DNA from: Candidatus Binatia bacterium
GTDB taxonomy: Bacteria > Desulfobacterota > Binatia > UBA9968 > CAXXLF01
Direction: 5' to 3'
Assembly (NCBI GenBank): GCA_963664015.2
Contig: CAXXLF010000001.1
Span: 928,001 to 992,000 of the forward strand
DNA length: 64,000 bases
In this document: piece after piece, positions 52,261 to 60,092 of the stretch
How positions within the stretch are numbered: position 1 is the first letter of the stretch
Layout of the letters: each line of letters opens with the position of its first letter
Program-made: the position numbers and the translations under genes
Notes under the pieces: model-generated
What the model was told of the DNA's origin: nothing
Database searches by the model: none
The model's input: the letters and a program-made list of their open reading frames with translations, nothing else

Positions 52261-52782
52261 ATGGAAAGAGAACGAGTTAGAGAAAAAGAACCGGTACAGA
52301 AAGACCAGGGGAAACACTACGAAGCGACCTTGCGACTCAACGCCGAGGCCCGGGACCGCGCCAAGTCTGGCAAGATCGTGATCAAGGCTAATGAGCGTCC
52401 CTGGTACCAGTGCAGGCAAGGATTGATCCGCCAGTATCTCTCATGGCATGACATGGAAGACACCGCAGCAACCGATTGGTCGTGCTTCGTCCACGACGTC
52501 AAGCAGCACTCGGGAAGACACCGGCACCAGGGTGGATATAATCTATTCGTTCTCGAAGGTAAGGGATCAACGGAAGTGGATGGTCAGATCTTCGATTGGG
52601 AGACATGGGATTTGATTCTCCTCCCGGTAAAACCCGGCGGCTGTGTCCACAAGCACTACAATAAATTCGCCGGGAAGTCAGCCCAGTGGATGGCATTCAA
52701 ATACAACACCTTTTCTCGCGTCCTGGGCAGCATGTTCGAGCAGGTGGAAAATTCGCCCAACTGGAAGGGCACGGACAAATAG
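52261..52782 (+). CDS. 3-His monocupin paralog (tandem copy 1)
   Basis: MERERVREKEP leader, SGRHRHQGG, CVHKHYN. Confidence 0.87.
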   Translation: MERERVREKEPVQKDQGKHYEATLRLNAEARDRAKSGKIVIKANERPWYQCRQGLIRQYLSWHDMEDTAATDWSCFVHDVKQHSGRHRHQGGYNLFVLEGKGSTEVDGQIFDWETWDLILLPVKPGGCVHKHYNKFAGKSAQWMAFKYNTFSRVLGSMFEQVENSPNWKGTDK

Positions 52783-52840
52783 GATTCGGCTGATTCTAAA
52801 CCCGCCGAGACATCGGCGGTAACATCACGGAGATAGACAA

Positions 52841-53362
52841 ATGGAAAGAGAAAGAGTAAGAGAAAAAGAACCGGCTCAAAAAGACCAGGGAGAGCACTAC
52901 GAAGCGACCTTGAGGCTCAACGCCGAGGCCCGTGACCGCGCCAAGAAGGGCAAGATCGTCATCAGGGCCAAGGATCGACCGTGGGAACAGGGACGCCAGG
53001 GCCTATCCAAAACCTATCTCTTCTGGCATGGAGTCGACGACACGGCGGCCACTGACTGGACCTGTTTTATTCACGACGTCAAGACCCATTCGGGGAAGCA
53101 CCGCCACCAGGGAGGGATCCAGTTATTTGTCCTTGAGGGCGAAGGTGGCACGGAAGTGGATAATGGGACCGTGGAGTGGCAGAAATGGGATCTAATTATC
53201 CTACCCGTCAAACCCAAGGGCTGTGTGCATAAGCACTACAATAAAGTTCCGGGAACACCGGCCAAGTGGATGGCCTTTCGCTACAATCCCTTTGCCAAGG
53301 TCCTGGGAAACATGTTCGAGCAGGTCGAAGATTCTCCTGACTTCAAGGGTGGACAAAAATAG
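52841..53362 (+). CDS. 3-His monocupin paralog (tandem copy 2)
   Basis: MERERVREKEP leader, SGKHRHQGG, CVHKHYN. Confidence 0.87.
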   Translation: MERERVREKEPAQKDQGEHYEATLRLNAEARDRAKKGKIVIRAKDRPWEQGRQGLSKTYLFWHGVDDTAATDWTCFIHDVKTHSGKHRHQGGIQLFVLEGEGGTEVDNGTVEWQKWDLIILPVKPKGCVHKHYNKVPGTPAKWMAFRYNPFAKVLGNMFEQVEDSPDFKGGQK

Positions 53363-53435
53363 GCCTCGGCTTGATTCGGACTCGTGAGGCTGTCGATAGG
53401 CTGAGGCATTAGAGATAGAATAGAGGGGAAAAATT

Positions 53436-53969
53436 ATGGAGAGAGAGAGAGTAAGGGAGAAAGAACCCGTACAAAAAGATCAAGGGGAGCACTACGAAGC
53501 CACCTTGAGGCTCAACGCCGAGGCCCGGGACCGCGCCAAGTCTGGCAAAATCGTTATCAAGGCCAAGGAACGGCCGTGGCACCAAGGCCGCCAGGGATAC
53601 ACAAGGACTTATCTCTCCTGGCACGGAATGGATGATACGGCGGCAACGGACTGGACCTGCTTTATCCACGACGTCAAGGTCCATTCAGGGAAACACCGTC
53701 ACCAGGGGGGCATCCAGTTGTTTGTCCTCGAAGGGGACGGCTATACGGAGGTGGAGGGACAGAAGGTAGACTGGGAAAAATGGGATCTAATTATTCTGCC
53801 CGTCAAGCCCGACGGCTGCGTGCACAAGCACTACAACAAAGTTCCGGGAACCCCGGCAAGGTGGATGGCCTTCAGATACAACCCTTTCTCAAATGTACTT
53901 GGTAATATGTTCAATCAGGTGGAGGATTCGCCCGACTTCAAGGACGAGAAAAAGGCCTCACTTAGCTAA
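53436..53969 (+). CDS. 3-His monocupin paralog (tandem copy 3)
   Basis: MERERVREKEP leader, SGKHRHQGG, CVHKHYN. Confidence 0.87.
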   Translation: MERERVREKEPVQKDQGEHYEATLRLNAEARDRAKSGKIVIKAKERPWHQGRQGYTRTYLSWHGMDDTAATDWTCFIHDVKVHSGKHRHQGGIQLFVLEGDGYTEVEGQKVDWEKWDLIILPVKPDGCVHKHYNKVPGTPARWMAFRYNPFSNVLGNMFNQVEDSPDFKDEKKASLS

Positions 53970-53975
53970 ACCTGG

Positions 53976-54722
53976 CTAGACCTCCTTCGGCCACAGAACT
54001 TTGATCATCGCTTTCGTCGTCGACTTGATCGTCTTTCGCGGCCTCACCTGGTGTTTGTACAAAAGGAACGGCCAGGCTCGGTACGGGTTTTCGTCCTTGC
54101 CTTTGACTTGCGTAGCGTATTCCTCGGTCATGGGCTTGATCGTCGTAGAACTTGCCAGCAGCAGTTGATCCGCACAGGACCTTTCCAGCTGGATCGCGGA
54201 GACGCAGGTACCTTCTATGCTACGCGCCGTGACCACAATGCCGTGTCCCCGCAACAAAACCACCGAGTGCTGGCCCAGGCAGTCCGCCATTCTCTGAGCG
54301 AGGCCGTCGTTGTTGATGCCATTGCTATTGGGAAAGATCGGCACTCCGCCTTCAAAGGCCCGTGCCTCTCTGTGAAACGGAATAAGGCCGCCATCCAACA
54401 ACCCGACCATGATCGCATAACGGGCGTGACAGTGAAGGACACTCACCACGTCCGGTCTGTTTCTATAAATGGTGCTATGAATGGTGGTTTCCAGCGGGAT
54501 GGGTTCGGAGCCGGCGATCCGGTTTCCCGACAGATCCACCGTGCAGATGTCTTTGAAGTCGGCGAGGATTCCAGCGTACCTGGGGTTAATCAAGAAGGAA
54601 TCGGTACCCGGGATTCGGACGCTCAAATGGCCCGATCCGGTGAGAACCCCCTCTCCGGTCAACACTTTGATCCCATCGAGGAGACGGTTCTTAAGGTTTT
54701 TTACCTCGGTCAGTTTGGCCAT
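53976..54722 (-). CDS. Class II aldolase/adducin family protein
   Basis: GHLSVR, ETTIH, RPDVVSVLHCH, LLRGHG. Confidence 0.88.
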   Translation of the reverse strand: MAKLTEVKNLKNRLLDGIKVLTGEGVLTGSGHLSVRIPGTDSFLINPRYAGILADFKDICTVDLSGNRIAGSEPIPLETTIHSTIYRNRPDVVSVLHCHARYAIMVGLLDGGLIPFHREARAFEGGVPIFPNSNGINNDGLAQRMADCLGQHSVVLLRGHGIVVTARSIEGTCVSAIQLERSCADQLLLASSTTIKPMTEEYATQVKGKDENPYRAWPFLLYKHQVRPRKTIKSTTKAMIKVLWPKEV

Positions 54723-54787
54723 GACCTGAGCCCCCTTTCGCGGAACGTGATTTCATCCCATTAAAAACGCAGGCTTTCCCTTTTGGA

Positions 54788-56947
54788 TCAACCTGCCGAC
54801 GCCTCTTTATTTTGCCCCTGGTAAAACTCCCGGGCAATTTCCAAGTCAACCAGAGCCTTTAGAAAATGGCTGGCCTCGAGCACCTCGGCCCCTTTGTAAC
54901 CGGAATCCTTCAGGGCATTGAGTTGAGCATCATTGCACAGGGAATCGAGCTCAGCGCCTGAAAATCCATCGGTCTTTTGCGCCACCTCAGCGACAACCTT
55001 CTTCCGGGTGGCATCGTCCTTGAAGGGAGTCTTCTTGAGTTTGGACTCCATGATGGCCTTGCGATCGGCCAAGTCGGGTAGAGGCACATAAATATGTATT
55101 CCAAACCGCCCGGGCCGAAGGATAGCGGGATCCAGAAGATCCAACCGATTGGTTGCCGCAACAACAATAATGCGGCCAAAGCTCTCAATGGAGTCCATTT
55201 CCATCAAAATCTGATTGACCACGCGCTCCGCCGCCTTGGTGTCGCTGTCACCGCGACGGTTGGGGGCAATGGCATCGATTTGATCGAAGAAGATTACAGC
55301 CGGGGCGACCTGCCTGGCCACTTGAAAGGCGTGGCGAACACTCTCTTCGGATTCGCCCAGCCATTTGCTGAAGACCTCGGGACCCCGAATATAGAGGAAG
55401 TTCGCTCCCGACTCCCGGGCGATGGCCTTGGCTAGAAGGGTCTTTCCCGTCCCCGGGGGGCCGTAGAGGAGGATTCCACTGGGCGGCCGGATTCCCATGG
55501 CACGGAAGGGTTCGGGGTTGGTCAGCGGCTTTTCCACCAGGTCGCGAAGTTTTTCCTTAACGCTTTCCATCCCGCCGATATCATCCCACCCAACGTCCGG
55601 AATACTTGTGATGGTTTCTCGCATGGCGGAGGGACGGATAAGACCCGTCGCCTTCATAAAGTCATCACCGGTAACCACCAAATCGTCAAGACTTACCTTG
55701 AACCGAGCGGGCGAGAGGCGACGATCCCCCATGATTCTTCTCAGGCAGTTAAGACCAGCCTCACGGCACAGCTCCATCAGGTCCGCCCCAACAAAGCCGT
55801 GGGTAATTCGTGCCACCTCCCTCAATGTCTCAAAAATTCCTTCCGCGAGGGGCATGCCCCGACTATGGATCTGTAATATTTCCAATCTCCCTTCAGTATC
55901 GGGAGGTCCCATGAAGATCTCCCTATCGAATCGGCCAGGACGCCGTATGGCCTTATCCAGAGTTTCCACCCTATTAGTGGTCCCCAGCACCATGACTCCC
56001 TCTACTTTGTTAAGCCCATCCATCAGCTCCAACAGCTGGCCAACCATCCGGGTATCCGAATGGGAACCGCTCTCGCCCCGGATAGGCGCGATGGCGTCCA
56101 CCTCGTCAATAAAAATGATCGAGGGGAGATGATGGGACGCCTCCTCAAAGATCTTACGCAAGTTAGCTTCCGTCTCACCATATACCGAACTCACGATATC
56201 GGGACCATTGATATAAAGAAATTTTGCATTGATCTCATTGGCAATGGCTCGCGCCGTGTGACTCTTCCCGCTTCCCGGAGGTCCGTACAGGATAATCCCC
56301 CGAGGCGGATTAATACCAAGGTGACGAAAAACATCCGGAAAGAGCAAGGGAAGTTCCACCAGCTCTCGAATAAGACCGATTTCCTTTTGGAGTCCTCCAA
56401 CGTCTTCAAAGGTGACCTGATCCGAGACCACGCCCCATGATGAGAAGACATAATCCAGGTCAAGTTTTGTTTCTGCTGTCATCAAGCCCGCTTCCGGCTC
56501 GATTTCGGTGACCTTGAATGCGGTCCCCTGAGTCTGCCCCGGTAATGTCGCGTAGAGGACCTGGCCGTCGCTAACGAGCAAACCCTTGGAGGCAAAATTC
56601 TTGATCAGATAGGCATCGACCCCTTTGACGTCCGAGATGTTGACGAAGGGCGCCAAGGTGACCTTGCTTACCGTCTTCATCTGGATCGGAACGACCGAAA
56701 CCCAGTCGCCCAGAAGGCTCTTGGTTGAATGCCTGAGGTACTGGTCCATGCGGATGAGCTTCCTTCCCTTATCCCCCTCCTGCGGTTTGGCCACTCGCGC
56801 CAGAACACTTCGGCCGCTGTTAGTCTCGACCTCAATGGCATCGTCCACCTTGATGCCGTCTTTCTCCATCACCTCCGGATCGATCAAAACCCGCCCCTGT
56901 GCACTATAGACAGCGGGACACTCTTCTACTTGCAAAAATACTGCCAT
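54788..56947 (-). CDS. Cdc48/VAT-type double-ring AAA+ ATPase
   Basis: N-domain, D1 GPPGSGKS/FIDEVD/RRPGRFD, D2 GPPGTGKT/FFDQID/LRPGRF. Confidence 0.92.
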   Translation of the reverse strand: MAVFLQVEECPAVYSAQGRVLIDPEVMEKDGIKVDDAIEVETNSGRSVLARVAKPQEGDKGRKLIRMDQYLRHSTKSLLGDWVSVVPIQMKTVSKVTLAPFVNISDVKGVDAYLIKNFASKGLLVSDGQVLYATLPGQTQGTAFKVTEIEPEAGLMTAETKLDLDYVFSSWGVVSDQVTFEDVGGLQKEIGLIRELVELPLLFPDVFRHLGINPPRGIILYGPPGSGKSHTARAIANEINAKFLYINGPDIVSSVYGETEANLRKIFEEASHHLPSIIFIDEVDAIAPIRGESGSHSDTRMVGQLLELMDGLNKVEGVMVLGTTNRVETLDKAIRRPGRFDREIFMGPPDTEGRLEILQIHSRGMPLAEGIFETLREVARITHGFVGADLMELCREAGLNCLRRIMGDRRLSPARFKVSLDDLVVTGDDFMKATGLIRPSAMRETITSIPDVGWDDIGGMESVKEKLRDLVEKPLTNPEPFRAMGIRPPSGILLYGPPGTGKTLLAKAIARESGANFLYIRGPEVFSKWLGESEESVRHAFQVARQVAPAVIFFDQIDAIAPNRRGDSDTKAAERVVNQILMEMDSIESFGRIIVVAATNRLDLLDPAILRPGRFGIHIYVPLPDLADRKAIMESKLKKTPFKDDATRKKVVAEVAQKTDGFSGAELDSLCNDAQLNALKDSGYKGAEVLEASHFLKALVDLEIAREFYQGQNKEASAG

Positions 56948-57055
56948 GAAAACTCCTCCCTAACCTTTCAAAATAATCATCTTTTAAAAACACTTCAGGT
57001 ACGCCCATGCGCGCACGATCTCACACCAACCTCCTGCCACCATCGGCCGGATTCA

Positions 57056-58615
57056 TCAACGGAATACCAGCGAGCGAACGACCACCGGGACCTCCGTATC
57101 ATGACCGACCTCTCCCACTTCGATGAAGTCCATGTCATGGGAGTGGAAGCCGCTGAGTCCGACGATTGGGGTATGGGCCGAATCTTCAGAGGCCATCTTT
57201 TTTGCAATGGCACAGGCTGCCGCTGTCTCCCCCACCAGGACCAAGGGTAAATCCCGATTCCACGGCACAAGCGTAGCGGCCAGTCCGGCCGCGATCGCAT
57301 CATAGGACGACTCCTCATCGGCATAATCCAAGGACAGGGCAAAAGGCTGATCCGAACCGGTCAGAGAATCGAACCGGGACAGGGCCTCCTCAACGTCCCT
57401 TTGAGCCTGGGCCGAATCGCTCAGTCCCTGCGGGAATTTGGGAGCCACCACCATGAGATTTTTGAAGACATGCAAGTGGCCATGAGAACAAAAGATGGAG
57501 TCGAGAGGCAAATGGACCGAATAAGTCGCCACGCCGACGGGCGTAGCACGTAACCGGCTGACCGGCGTCAATACCCCCATCTTTACCCCGAGCCTCGGAG
57601 CACGCTTCCGGATCGTGGTGCCCCAATCAAAACCCACATCCGCCCCCGGTTCGGTTTCATATCCATAGACGTATTCAGCCACCCCACCAGAGAACTGCAG
57701 ATAATCGATATTTTCCAACGATGGCGGAGGTGACGGAAAAACAATCTTCCCCTCTTCCGAGACCCCCTCCCCTTCCAGGTAGTCTAGCAGCGTCTCGCCC
57801 AGGAATCGGCCGACCGCCTGCTTATGGGACCGAGTAACCGGTTGACCTATCTGCAGATTCAAACCCAATTGAGAGACAATTCTCTGCCCCGTCTCATCCA
57901 GATGGCTTAGCATTCCCTGTTCGTCGATGCCAAGCACTTTGGCCCCTACCGAAGTTGAATAAAAGCTTTCGAAAGAACCATTGGCAATCCAGGCAAATCG
58001 GGCCCCTTCCGCGCCCAGGTCCACATTGAGGACTCGCTTCTTCTCGTTGCCTGATTTATCGACGGCCCCCGCCCCAAAGGCGGCCAGCATCCCCTGGATT
58101 TTTGACTTTTCTGTTATGAATAGAAAGCGAGCTACCTCCCGGCCAAAGACCTCCTCGATGACAGGACGGCTCTTGGAATCGGCAGCTTTCCCGCTCACAA
58201 CCACCACACCGGTTTGGATCAGATCGGCAATCAAGCGTGCCTCATCGTAGCAACGGTGAAGGAAGGCCTTCAGCTGCTCTCCATCAAGCACCCCATCCGC
58301 ACGATAGGGGGTTGGCAGCACAGGTGACTCGTAAAAGACCTCTTTCGTCTTGACCACCGACCTGCTGGTCAGGTTGTGCCCCCCCTTCCGTAACACGAGC
58401 CGGCTCAATTGGAGATGGGTCGTTGCGGATCCGATGTGGAACCCTCCACTGGTCACATTGGCCAGATCCGCTTTCCCGTGGAGAAATTCCTCGCCGAGAA
58501 CAATGTCCAATGCCTCCGAGAATTCGTCCTCGTCCCAGTGCCCATCATGAAGATCCCATATGGGGAACGGCAACTGGACGATGGGCCTTCCAATTTGGAG
58601 GTTATTCAAAATCAT
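57056..58615 (-). CDS. EutA (ethanolamine ammonia-lyase reactivase)-like protein with degenerate ATPase motifs
   Basis: HIGSATTHLQLSRL, YESPVLPTPY, TGVVVVSG, FSGGVAEYVY, LRATPVG, VPVVVRSLVF follow the EutA layout. Confidence 0.75.
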   Translation of the reverse strand: MILNNLQIGRPIVQLPFPIWDLHDGHWDEDEFSEALDIVLGEEFLHGKADLANVTSGGFHIGSATTHLQLSRLVLRKGGHNLTSRSVVKTKEVFYESPVLPTPYRADGVLDGEQLKAFLHRCYDEARLIADLIQTGVVVVSGKAADSKSRPVIEEVFGREVARFLFITEKSKIQGMLAAFGAGAVDKSGNEKKRVLNVDLGAEGARFAWIANGSFESFYSTSVGAKVLGIDEQGMLSHLDETGQRIVSQLGLNLQIGQPVTRSHKQAVGRFLGETLLDYLEGEGVSEEGKIVFPSPPPSLENIDYLQFSGGVAEYVYGYETEPGADVGFDWGTTIRKRAPRLGVKMGVLTPVSRLRATPVGVATYSVHLPLDSIFCSHGHLHVFKNLMVVAPKFPQGLSDSAQAQRDVEEALSRFDSLTGSDQPFALSLDYADEESSYDAIAAGLAATLVPWNRDLPLVLVGETAAACAIAKKMASEDSAHTPIVGLSGFHSHDMDFIEVGEVGHDTEVPVVVRSLVFR

Positions 58616-58876
58616 CTCTGCCTTCTCACTGGCGGGCTTGATACGAATCTAGCCCCATGTGCATTTCCCCACCCTCAACCTTAATTCCATCGAGCACCAG
58701 CAGCATGGGAATCCTTGGGCCACAATTTTTTGTCATTGGATCGGGGACAGGACGAAAACGGGAAGCGGCAATGCCACAAGACCCCAGAAGCGCTGGCAAA
58801 GCATAGGGTGCCAGCACTATCGGGCGATCAAGCAGCCGCACGCTTCCCGCTCGGAAACGGCTGAAGGTGATAAACC

Positions 58877-59362
58877 CTAACCGGCCTGATACTCGGGACA
58901 AGCCTCGAGCTGCTCGAAACCGGACCCCATGTCCACTCCGAAGATGTCGAAAAAATTGGGCATGGCAGCCACAAGCATTACAGGCTTTTCCGGGTTCGAA
59001 TTATAATGCTGGTATTCCAGCCCATCCGGTAGAAATGGCAATGCCACCACATCCCCGGCTTCCCAGTCATGTTTCACGCCGTCGACGATGGTGTACCCTT
59101 CCCCTTCCAGAATGTGGTGAACGATTCCGCCCTGCACTTTCTGCTTGCCACTGCGGCTACCCGGAGGGATCTCCTGCATGAAAAACAGATGAGCAGGACT
59201 GGCGATATCCTCGATATCCGGATGGAGGTACCACTTGATCTTGCCATGCTTATTGACTTCCCACTTGAGATCACTAAATCTAATCAGCGACCGTGCACCT
59301 TCCATCTTTTTGCGCCACGCATCCCGCTTTTCGAGTAACTTCTCGAGTAAATCTTTTGCCAT
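58877..59362 (-). CDS. Cupin homologous to the paralog family but lacking the metal-binding His residues
   Basis: SGKQKVQGG in place of SGKHRHQGG, and LEYQH in place of CVHKH. Confidence 0.82.
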   Translation of the reverse strand: MAKDLLEKLLEKRDAWRKKMEGARSLIRFSDLKWEVNKHGKIKWYLHPDIEDIASPAHLFFMQEIPPGSRSGKQKVQGGIVHHILEGEGYTIVDGVKHDWEAGDVVALPFLPDGLEYQHYNSNPEKPVMLVAAMPNFFDIFGVDMGSGFEQLEACPEYQAG

Positions 59363-59402
59363 CAGAGAACCTCCATGTTTATTCCTTTTTTGTTTTTAAA
59401 GC

Positions 59403-59930
59403 TTACGCAGACTTTTTCTCTTCCTTGAAATCCGGCGAGTCTTCCACCTGTTCAAACATATTGCCCAGGACCTTGGAAAAAGGATTGTACCTGAAGGCCA
59501 TCCACTTGGCCGGCGTTCCCGGAACTTTATTGTAGTGCTTGTGGACGCAGCCTTTGGGTTTAACCGGCAAGATGATGAGATCCCATTTTTGCCAATCTAC
59601 CGTACTACCATCCACCTCGGTAGCCCCGTCACCTTCAAGAACAAACAGCTGAATTCCACCCTGATGCTTGTGTTTGCCCGAGTGCTGTTTGACGTCGTGA
59701 ATAAAGCAGCTCCAATCGGTTATTGCCGTGTCACTGATGCCGTGCCAGGAAAGATAGGTCCGAATAAGTCCTTGCCGGCCCTGATGCCAGGGGCGCTCCT
59801 TGGCCTTGATCACGATCTTGCCTGTCTTGGCTTTTTCCCGTGCCTCCGCGTTGAGCCTCAAGGTGGCTTCGTAATGTTCCCCCTGGTCTTTCTGTACGGG
59901 TTCTTTTTCTCTAACCCTTTCTCTCTCCAT
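59403..59930 (-). CDS. 3-His monocupin paralog (operon copy)
   Basis: AAGGAG RBS, MERERVREKEP, SGKHKHQGG, CVHKHYN. Confidence 0.87.
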   Translation of the reverse strand: MERERVREKEPVQKDQGEHYEATLRLNAEAREKAKTGKIVIKAKERPWHQGRQGLIRTYLSWHGISDTAITDWSCFIHDVKQHSGKHKHQGGIQLFVLEGDGATEVDGSTVDWQKWDLIILPVKPKGCVHKHYNKVPGTPAKWMAFRYNPFSKVLGNMFEQVEDSPDFKEEKKSA

Positions 59931-60092
59931 GTAAATTCTCCTTTCCTAGTCCAATCCTGTCTTGCCTTCCCGGCCATTCCGACCAGCACTAAGTAGCCGG
60001 ATATAGCTTTCGAATTTTCTGAAAATTAATTAGATTAATCGCATAACATACTGGTGAGTGAACCGTCAAGCACCGCCCCCCTCGGGGGTTGT

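Noticed and set aside
53439-53450. (GA)6 at the start of cupin copy 3 as a slipped-strand switch
   Set aside because: Short and explained by the ERER codons; the other copies break the repeat synonymously.
52261-53969. Tandem ~580-nt repeats as a CRISPR array, DGR or integron cassette array
   Set aside because: The repeats are whole protein-coding paralogs. There is no short repeat-spacer pattern, reverse transcriptase, obvious adenine-specific variation, integrase or attC-like site.
58795-58813. TGGCAC...TTGC (minus strand) upstream of the EutA-like gene as a sigma-54 promoter
   Set aside because: The spacer is longer than the required 5 nt, and the sequence is better explained as a hairpin arm.
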